A stretch of DNA of 64,000 nucleotides from Perna viridis. Taxonomy: Eukaryota. The notes below the pieces were generated by a model. The model saw only the letters and a program-made list of their open reading frames with translations. It was not told where the DNA came from and made no database searches. Shown here in pieces: positions 38,095 to 52,500 of the stretch (position 1 is the stretch's first letter; every line of letters begins with the position of its first letter). A program made the translations under genes and the position numbers. The stretch lies in assembly GCA_037379345.1 (NCBI GenBank), contig CM074517.1:10292001-10356000 (forward strand), read 5' to 3'.

Positions 38095-41000
38095 TCCCAT
38101 ACTTAGTATGAAATACCATTTGGTCAAGCTGCAGCTAAAGATAAAATTAATACAATGTAACTTTTGTGCCTGTATGAATTACTTATGCAGAGTAATTTTT
38201 TCTGTGGAAAATTATTTTTGTGCCTATTTGAACTATTTATGCAATAAGGTTGTTATCACAAAAGAGATTTTTTATTGTTCAGCATTTATTTTTGTTGTTC
38301 CAAATCTGATTATTAAAAAGACGGTTGTTTATAGTTGAGTATTTTTATAGGATTTTTTTAAAACAATGTGAGAATACTTGGAGTTAAGTTAATATTGTTT
38401 CCTTGTCAGTACAAAGCAGTGAAACTGCCTGTTTTTTTGTGTTGTAAAATATATGGATAGTTCAGATGCATTAATTTCCCCCCATATTTGAAAAAAATGG
38501 AAGTACAATATTTCTTTTTCCCGCCAGGGCTTTTCATTAACAAGGTTCTTGTAATTTGTAGTTTGCAGTGAAAGTTTTTTTTTTCTTTTTTAATGTTTTC
38601 AAACCAATATTCATTGTTATACATCTATTTTTCAACAGGTTAAGATTCACTTCATAGTTTTTTATTTGTTAGAGCTTTATTAAGTCTTTTCGGTGATTCC
38701 AGCACCATTCACAAGCAACTATGGGTTTAATTTCTGCTTTAAAATGCTGTTTCTTACCATTTCTATTTCTAAAAACAGATGAAGTTATTATAATCATTAG
38801 TGTAACATCAGGCATTAAGAGTTAGTTTTCCATAGAAACAATGTGTTCGCTTCCAAATTGTTTCCATGACAATTACCATTAGTGCTTATTATTGTAATTG
38901 GTTTGCTTATGCATGAATTGATTGCGTACTTTGTACTTCCATTTTGTCCACAGGACAGGAGTATTATTTTTTATATATAAATTGGTGTGTTAAGCTTTTA
39001 TATCCAATATGGTATTCTATCAAAAAGAAACTTTTCTTTACTGTAAAGTATTCCAGAGAACAATGCTTCTTCATCTTGATGGGTTATTAATTTATTTTAT
39101 TAAAACAGAGCTTGTTACTAAACATTAATAGATTCCAGTTCTTTGACATATCCTTTTATGAATGAAATGGCTTGATTGTGTAAAGGGAGATAACTGAAGT
39201 GTAAAATATGAACTGCTCACATTCAGCTGAAGAGCTTTCATTTTAAAGAAAATGCCAAGGTGATGTACATAGTAAATACCTTAAACAGTTAGTGCCTTTT
39301 ATACATGTACATAGTTATTGTTGTTTTTTTGTATGATTTTGTAAATAGATAAAATATTATATTGGTAGTTATTGTTTTAATGGAAATTATATCTGTGTCA
39401 CATTAGTTGCAAGGTATTGTTTTATGTTTAATGTTATTTTAAGTAATGTGAGTATTGGGAAATAGATATTGCCATCTTACAATCATACTCTGTACAAGAT
39501 TCCAGATTTTAAAGGTGTTTCTTCTACAAATATCTTCTGCAATTTGCAAGATGCTTCTGTTTGACAAAGAACAATGTGTTTTGGCTGGCTATTCATTTAG
39601 AAATAGCTTAGTTTAATAATTAATTGTTGTGCTGCTGTTTTGAGTTAAATTAATAGTTCTGTATACATTTTGAGGGGAGAAAAAAATCACTGTACAGTAA
39701 ATGAAGTTGAATGAAACTTAATTTATCATTTATTACTGGTTGTTTTTTTTTGTTTTTTGTTTTAGTTTTTGTTTGTGTAGTATCTGTTTCCTAATGGTCA
39801 TGTGATACATTAGAGATGTGATGATGTCAGATTTTTATATGAACAAAGTATATGGTGCATGCACTAAGCTATATAATGGCCACTTTTATTTTGAGATTGT
39901 ATAGTGTGATTGTGTACGTGTTACAGTATTATTTTTTTTCTTTATTTTCTAAATACTCTCTCTCTCTTACTCTATATCTTTCAGTTACTTGTATTTTATG
40001 GGAACATGAAACAATTATATGTTTCAATGGGAGTTGTTTGTCAAATGAATGTTTTTCAACAGAATTTTCTGCCAATGAGAAAAAAAGTTAACATTTTATT
40101 TAAATTTAAATCATGAGATTTTTAGATTTGTAATTTGATAGTTACTTGCAAAGTTTTATGGCTTCAGTTTGAATTTGGAATTGAATTTGTAAGATGTTCT
40201 GACATACTCGACAATCTGCTGTTTGCTTATTATTGGAAATTTTAAATATTAAATGGCCACTTTTTGGTCTGCTTTCAAATATCTTAAAAAGAATCTGACA
40301 GTTCTCCTTGGATATGTATTTTCTACCATTTAGAATTAGCTCCGTTACTATTTTTTTAATAAACAAAATGAACCCATGGACAATAATAAATGTTGCACAG
40401 TTTGACAAATTGACAGTACTTAGATGAAATATTTATGTGGTTTACCTAGGAGTAGTCATGAAAAATTAGATTGTCAGTAAACTGTTAGCTATTGAAGAAT
40501 TCCAATATTTTGTTGTGCAGATATTCCTGTGTTAGGAAAATTTTGATACGATGATTAGTACAAGTATGGTTAAAAATTGGTATATAAAAACAGCATCTGG
40601 GTTTTTATTGTTGTGCTTATCTCATTTCAAAACTGCAATATAACTGTCTATTTTTTTTTTTTTCTGTGATTGAACCACCCTCTCTGGTTATTATGAATAG
40701 CTATATTGATCCAATTTACAATACATTCATCATACAAGCAATGTTTTGGTTATTATAGATATTAACTACAAAGATCTCAATTCGTTTGTATGTTATTTTG
40801 TATTCTGTCACTTCATGTTGCACTGTCTAAAGTGTCAGAAATTGGGACATCAAAACCATGTACTTAAAACAACAGTAAATTCTACACTTATTGTTTACAA
40901 GCAATATTTTCACATCTAACTACATTTTTTCAAACTATTGCAAAAAAAATTCATGTTTTCTCCAAATTTTACTTCATATCATTGGTAAGTCAGCTTTAAA

Positions 41001-41862
41001 TTAGGTTAAGAAATTTTTCATCTTCATTTGAAGGAATGAAAAAAGAAACCTAAGCATGATAGCCAAAACTAAAGGTCTTGTTCAAGATGATAGATTTTTG
41101 ACTTAAATCAAATTTCTACCTCAATGAGAAATGTTTGTCCCATTTTAATTTGTTCCTTGGTGTGGTTTTATGTGTGAATACAGAAACAGCATTAGCTATA
41201 GACCTATAGAAGTTTTTCAGCTTTTTTGTTAACTTTCTTCTTTATTTTGTAAGCCAATGAAATGGCCAAAATTTTTCTTTTGCATTATAAAAAGAAAGAA
41301 GTGTTTCAATTTGTAAAAGCATAAGATTTCATATTGATGTTAAAACCTATGCATTGTTACACAAGAAATATTAAACCTTGTCCAGTTCTGCTATGGTTAA
41401 CTTGTAAATGGCTATCAAATACTTAAAAGTTTTTCCTTGATTCTGATATACAATTGTACTTATGGCATTAACACACTGTTACTCTCCACAAACAAACTTC
41501 TTGGTAGTGCTCTAGAATTTTTTTAATTTTCTGCTTTCACCAAGTAAGTTTGGCCTGAAAATATACTGTCCCATGACAGAAATGGAAAACTTACAAATGT
41601 AAGATGTTACAATTCCCTTGTCATTGGTAATATGATATGGGAATTCTACAGCCCTGCCTTGACAAATAATAAGTCCAGCGGTAAAAGATTGTTAACAGTT
41701 TTGATGACTTTTTACCTAAAGATTTAACCAGTTTTATAGTAGACAAGATATAAATGAACCACTTCAAGAAAAAGGAGTCAAAGTCTACGAAACTGCAAGT
41801 TTGCAAGTTCTTTTTATGTAGCTTCATAAAGTTTATATTTTAAATGGACAGTAGTAATACAG

Positions 41863-42002
41863 GGCCTAGTTCAATAAAGAATCTCAAATCCTTCAATTAA
41901 AATTTCAACCAATCAAATCACTTGAAATTAAAGATTTGAGGAAAAACCTCAAGGATTTGAATAAATTCTCAATTTTTGAGATTCTTTTATGAAACCCAGG
42001 CC
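41863..42002. mobile_element. MITE with ~26-bp imperfect TIRs
   Basis: ggcctagttcaataaagaatctcaaa / tttgagattcttttatgaaacccaggcc. Confidence 0.65.
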
Positions 42003-42399
42003 AGATAGTTACAGGTCACAAATTTGCCCACCTTATCTTTCATTGTACTTATATATAAATTTTTCTCCAGTATCAGTTTATATCTACAGCTTGTTGATGT
42101 CATTGTAAATTAACATATTGCAATCAATGTAAAGTTATAAGAATGGTTATTAGTTCTGCAACTTATTCCAGGAAATACTGACTAAATGATTTTATGCAAA
42201 TCATGGAAACAGATTTTATTTATGTCAGAATGGTTGGTCAATATTTTTATACATTTATGGCATTTTATAATACAGGTTTTGATTAATTTTACATGTATTC
42301 ATACTTAGTAAAGTCGGCTTTTGTCAGAACAAAAGTAATGTGCCATTTTTATTGCTTTTAAATTATAGAACTTGTTGAACAAAGCATGTGAAAAATATA

Positions 42400-42405
42400 A
42401 ATAAA
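42400..42405 (+). terminator. Candidate polyadenylation signal of the TALE gene (3' UTR ~4.3 kb)
   Basis: AATAAA followed ~15 nt later by a GT/T-rich tract (ctgtgttttttttt). Confidence 0.35.
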
Positions 42406-43490
42406 TTTGTTTAAAACCTGTGTTTTTTTTTCTCCATCTGTCGTACTAGATAAAATATATATGGATACTCAAAAATTCCATTCATAATTCTGCTTATAAA
42501 TAAACTAGAAAAGAAAAAAAAAGGTCTGTCTAAATATTGTTGTTGTCCATAGGTGAACCTAAATATTATTGTAAGTTCAGAAAATGTTAATTGAATACAC
42601 CTGTTTTGTTGTCTGATTAATTCGTCTATTTTTGAATTCTAAAAATGAAATTTGATCTTAATGGTCATTTTAATTGACACATTCACTGAAAGTAATCAAG
42701 GGATCAATTGGCTGTAGGGAGGAATTTTGATTTTGATGGGAAAAAAATGAGGATTGTCAACATCAAAGTAAAAATATTAATTTCACACTAAAATTTGAAA
42801 AAATAAGCAAAGTAAATCATGTGGTCAAAATATAAACAAAGTCAACAAACAGGATGCTGATGTTGCTAGAGTGAAAGAGCTACTTAGGCAGCTGTAAGGT
42901 ACTTCAAATACAGTCTCCAAAATGGTGTGTGGTATTTAATGGATTTCAATCTTACACTACTAAAAGTGCACCTGAAATAATGAAATTTGAATCGCACAAT
43001 AATGCATATCTAAAGTAACAAGTGGTTGTGATAAGTAGTTGCAGAGGAAACTGTTACAAAAACATGTCACAAGCTTTCTTTGCTGGACTTTTCTTGTTTT
43101 GCCTCAACTGTGGGTGCCATGTTTGGTGATCCATCAAAACAACAGTGTATTAGGTATGGTAAATACAGTGTCAATCCTTTCTACCTCTTGTAACTAATGA
43201 AATCTTCACCTAATCCCAAGATATGAATAAACGAAAACAGAAAATTTGAATATCCAAGTTCAACCCTGAATAGAGAAGAAACTACAACCTTCATTGCTTT
43301 AATACAGAGGATACAAATAAAACCTGATTACAAAAAAGATCAAATAAAAAATAATCATGTTCAAGATCAACTATTTTGACAATTTCTTTTATCATGTTCC
43401 TAATCAGAATTTTAAAAAATGTATTCCTAGTGGAGTACGTGACCTGGAAGACCAACCCTGACCAGTTGGGACATGTATGGACACCACATC

Positions 43491-43653
43491 CAGTGGTGGA
43501 TCCAGTTTTAGGTAAGGGGGGGGGGGCAAAAAAAAATTCTTGACAGGATCACAAAGTGATCCGAAATTGCTAGGAAGGTTTGGGGACATGCCCACCCCCC
43601 TGTAAAAATTAAAATTTTCTAAAGGGGGCTGGGCCCCCCAGGATCCACCACTG
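43491..43653. mobile_element. MITE with 13-bp perfect TIRs
   Basis: cagtggtggatcc / ggatccaccactg with internal G and C runs. Confidence 0.75.
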
Positions 43654-44009
43654 TTCCAACCTGATACAGCAAAACATTAGGATTTGTGATTATTAAAATG
43701 TCCGACAAAGTAATGCCATCTTAAGAATCTTCTTGACCCATCTCGAACTACAAGTGCTTATTATATTATGCAACAACCATATAATTTTTGACATTAATGA
43801 CTTTTACTAATGAGAAGCTCTAAAGCCAGTTTCTCTCACCTGGTAAAATTAAAATGCTCTGCTTGGTGTAGCTTGATATGATCGCAAAGGTCAAACCTCA
43901 AAATGTTTTGATACAGCTCTTTCTGATTCCAATTTACTATTCGACATATGAGAAGAATTTGACCAGAATAAAGTGACCTCTTTCTGGACCTTATTCTTAA
44001 ATGGTTCCA

Positions 44010-44760
44010 GTATACCCCCAAAAACAATCCAAGCCTTCCTTGGTTGGGGGGGGGGGTATGGCAAGTCGTACAATTTTAAAGAGATCCATTGTTTTTAAGT
44101 AAAGTAATGCCAGGACATAATGAAAATACTTGTCCTGTCCCCTTAGTACTGTATGGTTCAAGCCACAGCCCAAATAATCAATCTCAGCCTTCCTTTGGGG
44201 GTATGGCACCTTCTGGTACTATTTTAAAGAGATTCATTCACTTGTACATGTATTAAAGTTTTTGTCTAAGACTTCATGAAAATTCTTGTTTCTGGCCCCC
44301 AATTCCTAGATCAATCAAGTGACAACTCCTAAAATCAATCCAAGCTTTCTTTTTGTGGAATTGCACTTTGTGGTATAATTTCGTGTTGATCCATTCACTT
44401 ATAGTCAAGTTATTTTCCGGACATCATAAAAATGCTTGTTTCTGATCCTTTAGTTCCCAAATGGTTCAAGTCACAACCCCCATAATCAATCCGTCTTTCT
44501 TTTTTTTAGGATAGCATCATGTGGAACTATTTCAAATATATCTATTCACATATAATCAAGTTAGTGTCCAGATATCACAATATTGCTTGTTTCTGACCCC
44601 AATTCCTAAATGTTAAAGTGACAACCTCCAAATCAATCCCAACCTTCCTTCTGTGCTATGGCACCTTGTGGTATAATTTCATAAAGATCAGTATACATGT
44701 TATTCGAAACCAGGTTGTCCCCAACACCGGACGATGACAATGCTTACAACAGCGCAATAC
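44010..44760 (-). mobile_element. Inverted copy of the 19085-19960 repeat family
   Basis: Repeated aatcaatcc(c)aagc(c)ttcc...tggcaccttgt units, the reverse complement of the 19.2-19.8 kb units. Confidence 0.5.
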
Positions 44761-45204
44761 TATGATGTCTCTTTTTTATCTTTTAAGGACATTCATCATA
44801 CAGGTACCAGTCTTGTATTGCACATTCCTGAGTGAGTGTACAAAAACTGTACATTTATGTCAAACATGGAGGCTATATATAATATACATGTAGTGCACAT
44901 TTTTAGTCTTTTCCTGATGGTGTTTTAGCAAATGATTATCATTTTCATCCTAAGTACTGGATAAATAGCAAATTTTGTTTTTAAAGAAAGCAGCATTTTA
45001 ATGAGAATTAAATGTCTCAGAAAAGGACTTTACTTATTACTTCCATGAACTTAAAAATAAAAGTGATACTAGAAAAAGCCTATTTTGTTTTGACCAGTTA
45101 TGGTTTACATAAGTTCCTGGATTTTTTCCCTAAAATGCAACAAAAGGAAAAAAAATAGAAGAACACAAAAATTTCTGAAAAATTACTAGGGTTACTACAG
45201 AAGC

Positions 45205-46102
45205 ATGTGTTGGTGGTGTTTCACCACAGGGTAGTGAAACGCATCTAGTGCGACTGGGATCAAAATTGTAGATCTACGGTTGCCCCTGGCTAGCCTATTC
45301 GTAGGCGAAAGGGAGAGTCGAGTGCGTAAATCTTGCCCCCGCCAGTACAAAGCCTCTATACTACCAATACTCCTTCCAACGCCTCCCCATGGAAATGCAT
45401 CTCAACTGGGATCCAGTATCTCAGGCTAAGTTTGAAGGGGATCTCGTAATAGCAAGAACCCCAGAGATGCAGTTTGTAGGCCCACCAGCATGTGGATATG
45501 CCCAAGCACTCGTCAACCTTGACCCAAGTATGGGTCAAATTGCTCCACTGCCTTGTGGAAAGACTTTGGATAGTCAAAGGCTATAGAAGTAAATCCAGAA
45601 AGAAAATCCGGGTAGATGGAACTCCTCAGCGAAAGCTATTGTCTAAGGGAGAAAAAACCCTACAGAAAAAAAGTAGCAAGGAAAAAGAAAGCACAAGCTT
45701 TTGTTATCCTCAAGCCAATCTGGAGAAGCAAAGTACTAAGAACACCTACAAAGATCTGAATTTTCAACTCTAATGTTAAATCAGTGCTTTCATATGGATC
45801 AGACATGGCAATCAACTGTTGCACCTACCAAAATAGTACAAGTATAACATGTTCATAAACAGGTGCCTAAGAAGAATCCTTGGAATAAAGTGGCCAAATG
45901 AAATTAGCAATAACAACTTATGGCAAAGGACCAAACAAGAACTGGTCATGCCAACAATTACATCAAGAAAATGGCGAGATTTTAATACAGAAGCCCAGAA
46001 GATTGGAAAGACCTGGGGAGAAATTAAAGTACTGGAAAAGATAGGAGATGAAAGCCAGCGGTAGCCCTATGTCCCCCAAGGGATGAAGCGGATTAAGTCA
46101 AG
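45205..46102 (+). mobile_element. Internally deleted non-autonomous RTE-clade non-LTR retroposon
   Basis: 12-bp TSD tactacagaagc (45193-45204 and 46103-46114); degenerate RT C-terminal peptides (IFNSNVKSVL, FINRCLRRILGIKWPNEISN); RTE-type 3' tail gccctatgtccc...gattaagtcaag. Confidence 0.88.
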
Positions 46103-49100
46103 TACTACAGAAGCCTTAATGAATTTTTTCAATAATTGAAAGTTTACATCTATCTGAAATGGTTTTCTAGTTAATGCTTAATACCACAAAATCTGTCATC
46201 TATTATCTTCAAAGGGCAATAGCTAGACTTTTTGAGGAATTACTGGTAAGTATGCCTTGTCATAGGATTGTTTCAACAATTAACAGAATTCTGCTATCTA
46301 TTCCAGTTTTCAGTTACTGCTAAAAACCATAAAAATCAGCATATATCTTCTAAGGGGACCAACTCCAATTAGGAGCCATCATACAGCTTCTATCAAATGG
46401 AGACTTTTGAAGTGCTCTTAAAGTTTAAGTCATTTGAGACATTCTTGTTTGTAGAAATTGGTGACTTGACTTGATGTAAAAAAAAATCCCAATATTTTTA
46501 TTCCCGACTAAAATTAATGCAATTTTAATTTTTTGTCAATCGCCTCATCTGATGTTTACAATGAAACAACATGGGTGTTAAAACATCCTTTTCAGTGATT
46601 GAACATTTATTTATACAACATGAGAGCTAAATTCACTGTTTGGCTTTGCTGATATGTGGGCAGCTGCTTTCTAAACTCCAAATTGTCTATTTCTCTTTCT
46701 CTCTTCCAGTTTTAGTTTATGTTTGGTTAGCATATGACATAAACGTGATTTAAGTTTTCAGCATTCTATAATGTAGTTTGCCCTATAGAATTACTCAGCT
46801 TTTCTGGAAAAATCTTTACAGAATTTGCTTCTAACAGTAGGTAGTTTTTGTTTATTTTTAAAAAAAAAACATCTTTTAGATTATTTCATGATGTTTAGGT
46901 TAGATGCCTTTGGATTGCCATGAAAACCATAAGGTGTATCATTTTCAGGCTTTATCTCTTGTTGTGAATGGACCATGGAAGTTTTTTGTTTCAAAAAGTC
47001 AAATACCACAAGAAAACACTCATGTTTACTGCCACGTTTATTGTGGACTATCACAGCTGAACACATCTTACATTATCTACAGCACAGGAAGTCATATCAA
47101 GGGAAGTAACTCTACATTCATCAACATGTGGGACCTATCAATGTTGCTTTTATATATCAAACACAATTCCCCATTTTGAGAACAATGTAGGATATGATCT
47201 ATTTCAATTCAATAGAAACATACAATTTCAATACAAAATCTTGCTTTAACCCAAATAATATTATCAGTTGTTAAAACACCTCTAATCATCAATATTTATT
47301 AGACATGAAAAATGGGAGAAAAAATAATGTTTTTCCTCAATTTCTTACAACAAAATTTAACCTTAACAACTAGCTTCTTTAGAAATGTGCTGACTGGTCA
47401 CTCAAATTCAAGATATTTTATTACAAGACCAAAAATGAATTAGTTTTCTGAATACAGCTTCTCAGCTAAACAAAATCAGAATATTTGAATAAATTTCTAC
47501 AAGAAAGTTGTTTAACTTGAATCTTTAAATCCAACATGCTACATACAGTGAGGTGACACAAACATAGGAAGGATTTCACAAAGTATTTGATGCGTTAAAG
47601 ATGAGGTAGATTTTGCTTTATACTGATTATATTAGAAAATCATAAAAAAGTAACAAATATGTAAGCATTCTAGATGGACATCTCAACTATATTGAGTAAA
47701 CCATAACCATAGAAACTGCAATCCAAACAGTACTGGCATAAAAAAAAGGTGCTGTCAGCCTATAAAGGGCTTCCAAATCTGTAGTCAATATCACAAAATG
47801 TTGTTGAAGGAAAATTAGTTACATCACTATTTATACATGTAATTAATTTAACACTTCTGACTTTTTTTGTGAAACAGATTATCATAATTGTGTTATTCAT
47901 TTACTACAAACACATGAATCCAAAAAGTGTAAGGAATGACATGTTAACAATTAAGTGTATAATTCTAAATTTAGACACTACCTTAAACCTACATTGTAAA
48001 TATCAATATCATGACATAATTGTTGTGTTAAAAATAACACAGTCACACAATTATTGGATATTTTTTTCAACACTGATGCTAATTCATTATCAAATAAAAA
48101 TATTAAACAAAAAAAGGAGTTTGATTTATAAGCACAATTGAATTTAGTTTCTATATATAATGTACAGACAAAAAGATTTTAGAATTGTCACAGTTTGTTG
48201 AAAACAGTCTCATATAGTAGCACACAGTCAACTGACATACATACACATCAACATTGCACATTACACATGGTAGTAATAAATAATTGCACAAAAATATTGT
48301 TCCCTTTATAGTGCTGAACACTGTAGTGAAGTATGAGAATATACAAGGAGCACAAAACTAACCCGAAGGCCAAATAAAAAAAAACAACAAAAAACAGTAG
48401 TGCATTTCCTATTACCTTATCCACCCCATTATCGAAAGGGGAAGATAGTGTACCCTTAAGTTTCTAGTGTCATTCTTCAGTAATAATGGTTTAAGTTGGT
48501 ATGTTTCTACCTAGACTCAATGTAAAAAAAATCCCAACCTACCAATCCTATTTTTTTTTCAAATGTGTAATAGGAAACACATATTTTTTTATTTGGCCCA
48601 AGTATATGAAATACTTCATGCATTACCACACTCATATTAAAAATAACTAAGATAATAAAGTATAGACAAAATCATGTGTCTTGTGTGAGATAAAATAGTT
48701 ACATAATACCGTTTTATCATCCTCAAGTAAAACATGAATAAAATTTTTAACCATACATTGAACTGTTTAGAAATTCTATGAAATAGTATACTTCTTTTCG
48801 TCTGATTTTGGAAGCAATAGGTAAGTAAATGTCACACAATATTAAAGGTGGCAAATGAACTCTGCATATCTCATTATTTCTACTTCATTTTGAACTTAAT
48901 AGAACTTGATGAAATGAGAAACCAAGTCTAAGATTTAAACATACAAATTATGACATTGGTAACTTTCATATAAAAGTATTGAATTAGATAAGTGAATTGA
49001 TGACTACTGGTTAGGAATGTAATATGGGTCCCACACTATCATTGGTAACTCATGTTAAATCTTAACACAAACAAAACCTTCTGTTTTTCCTTTTTAATTT

Positions 49101-49509
49101 GGATATCAGCACTATCAACTTAGAATGCAAAAAAGCACTAAGAAGAAAGGTTCAATAAGAATCAAGGTCCCTAAATTCTCATATTGACTCCCCATGGTAA
49201 GCTTTCTGGTCAAATACATTTTTTTTAATATTTTATTTTTTTCCTCAGCCTTAGATACTATGTTATTGGCATAAGTTGTTATTTTACTAGTATTAAAGAT
49301 CTTCCTTCTAATGCTCAGCATTGCCTTAGAAAAACTCTGTAAAAACCTTTTAAGCTGTGTCTAGATAAAAATATCAACTAAAGGAGAGCTAATTTTTGAT
49401 CAACAATAACAGATAATCAGGAATCATTCTTCCGCTCTGTCCTTTGCTTTGTCTGTCAGTGAAGATGACAAAGTCTATGGCGGGGAAACCTCGTCACTAA
49501 TTCATCATT

Positions 49510-49582
49510 TCATGTCACATCCATGGCTACTATTTTGTCTGGGTTGATGATACTGCTAAGTTTCCCTTCTTCTATACTGGAC
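49510..49582 (-). CDS. EPC1: EPC terminal exon (SSIEEGK...IVAMDVT*)
   Basis: 73 nt; ends in the AM(E/D)VT C-terminal motif typical of EPC proteins. Confidence 0.9.
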
Positions 49583-52500
49583 CTATAAATAAAACGGTAT
49601 CCAAATGTAAAAAGAAAAAAAAAACAAACAAATTAATTAGGTTGTCCTTCAAAAAAAAGTTTTTAAATGCCAGTTATAAAGATGATAATAACCAAGAAGA
49701 AGGAATCAACTTCCTACATCATTCTTCATTATGATATTACTCTTCAGGTTTAAAATCTTTTTTTATGCAAAAACAACTTTACTAAGCCAAAAAAAAGGGG
49801 TATGACATTTAAGGTTGTCATATTAACAGAGGTGAGTAAAACTCATTTGGACAGGTAAAAGTTAAAACAAATCTTGTTCAATTTCCAACAACCTAGATTT
49901 CAATTTCGGCAAGGAGAATTTTCATCAACTTGCCTGATTGGACAAGATTTATATAATGTTAATGTCATACCCTGCATTTTATTGTAATACTCAACATACA
50001 TGTAACTATTTTGGGACTAACATAACCGTAAGAACATAAAACTAGCCAAAAAATGTATAATTGCTTTTGAAAAACAGGTTAACTGTCCGTCATAGAAGTG
50101 AACTGAAGACACTTTGAGGACAACAAATCAATTCACAAATTATATTAATGCCATGCCCATACAAAATGCTTTGTAACCATAGCTTTCTCTAATGTAGGCT
50201 GTTCCCATATGCAAAACCATTAAAAAATCATAAAATCATAAAAAATTCCACATCATTGTTTATAGCTTGGCCAAGACTCACATAATGAACCTAATTTCTT
50301 CCCAAACCTGCTTGTAGGGCACTTATAAAAATTCAAAACCAAATCATTGAACTCAATGGTATGTATTTAAACTTACTTCCCAATCTTGTGAGGGAAGGTG
50401 GATGGAGTAATTTTGACATGGTTAGTTGACTGCCCTGTTTTACTGATTGTCTGTACAGGTAAAAACGACTGAGTGAGCACTGATGAAAGACTTGTTGCTG
50501 TTGTTGTAGAGACCAAGTTATGGTTGGACGAATTCTTGTTATTATTAGTTAACGGAAAATTCAGCTGTAGAACCGTAGCTGCTGGTGAAGTTGAAAGCCC
50601 TGTGGGTTTACTGTCAGTGATTGGTCCATTAGTCAACGTAGCTGAGTTTAACGATACAGGTTTCGATAATGAAGATGACGATGCCAATGACGAAGATGTT
50701 GATGAGAGTAAAGATGAAATAGCACCAGTTTTCTTGGTCTGAACTTGTGTGGTATTCATTACTGCTGATACAGCAAATTTAGCACTAGCCGAGTCTAACA
50801 TAAACCGTGATGTTGGCTGTGAAGAAAATGACTGATCTAATCCAGAGCACCCTGCAGTTTCAAATTCACAAGTGGTCTGTTTCAATAATTGTTCTTCTTG
50901 ATCACGCTGCATTTGGAGAAGTTGTTCCTTGTGAGACTGAAAACTCTCCATATTGAATTCCTCTGTTGGAGAACTTCGTACAGATCTATCTCTAAAGTTA
51001 TGGTCTTCATCTGTTGGTGAATGTGGACGAAAGTATGATCTGTTGGGTGGAAAAAATATCAAGTATATATCTTGTATAAAAAATTTGAACAAAACAAATT
51101 TTCTATCAAACCAGCCTACCTGATCACACAGAAAAGATAGCAGCAGGGAAATCGAAAATTGTTCATTCAGCTCTAAATGAACTTGAGAGAAAAGGGTTGA
51201 AATAAAAAAGTTATAAATGTTGTGAAGCAGCTCAAATTAAATTTAAATAAGAATAATGAATTAGTGAACAATAGCCACATGTAAAAAGTTAAAAGGAACT
51301 ACATATAAATAAAGTATAAATAAAATGTGGGGCTCAATCCCCTTAATTTTTTTTTACGTTTTGTTTATACTTTATTTGAATGTAGTTCCTTTTTACCTTT
51401 TAAATGAGGCTATAGTTCACTTATTCATTATTCCCCTTTTTGCTGTAAATAAAAAATGGTGCTGTTTAATGAGATTGGGTACTTAATCCATAAAAGATAT
51501 TTTTAAACAACTTGTTTTAATATCCACCACTTACATTTTCTTTTCCCTGATATATGAGTTATAATCTTCCATTAATGATAATGATTTGTTTGATCTATGC
51601 AGTGAATCATCCCATTCTGAGAAAGCTCTATCAAATAGAACTCTGAAAAACAAAGCATAATTTGATAAGACAAGTTAAGGCACAAGGAAAGTCTTGAACC
51701 CTTTTGGCACTTATGCTATTCATACAGAAAATGCATTTAGTCACTTGTCATAATTAAGCACAACTTAATGATCAAAATACCTATTAGCATACTAAAAAAA
51801 CATTATTAGCATACAATATTAAAAATACTTAATATCTAGACAAAATGATTATATTTTGATAAAAAAAAAATAGTTAATGGAAAATGCTTTTCCATAAATG
51901 CATGTACCAAAAACCAGAGAAGAGTAATTGAACTTCAATTTAATTTCATGTTAGATTAATTTGAAATAATTGATATGATGTTTTTTTGACTGTGAAAAAA
52001 GCAAATTGGTTGTAATTACAAGAATTTAACTTTGCACTATTGGATTTTCAGCATTTACTTAAGTCAGATTTTCTCAATAATATACAAATTCGAATTGTGT
52101 TGTTGCCAACAATGACTAAGTCATAATAACGCCCCCAAAAAATATGTAGTGTTTTCTGATCACCCTCTCTAAAATTTTGTTGGATTGGTAGGTACGGATT
52201 TAAAATATTTTTTTTTTTGTTTTAAATTATGAAATGACACCAAACTCAGAATACAATAAAAACCAAATCTGCAAAGATTAAACATGCAATAGACTTAATT
52301 CATAGAAAAAAATCTTAGGCTTTATTTCCTTGGTTTTTTTTTCTGTATATCAGCTGGCAGGCTTTTTAAATTTTTCTTTTTCAAAATCACAAATAAAAAC
52401 TTTTGGGTATGGGGTCTGAAGGAGGGTTGATAGGTGACCAGAAACATAATAATTTTTTTAGGCCTAAAAAATGCACACAATATTTTTTTAATATGACAGT

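Noticed and set aside
42180-42360. CPE-like TTTTAT motifs near the putative poly(A) site
   Set aside because: Expected by chance in such T-rich sequence.
45270-45320. Hammerhead or HDV ribozyme call for gcctattcgtaggcgaaa
   Set aside because: The CUGAUGA core is absent (ctggcta) and no P1/P2 partners were found for an HDV fold; kept only as a structured leader.
50473-50742. Antisense ORF over the EPC exon, and alternative-frame or antisense ORFs at 23777-25917
   Set aside because: Shadows of real coding exons.
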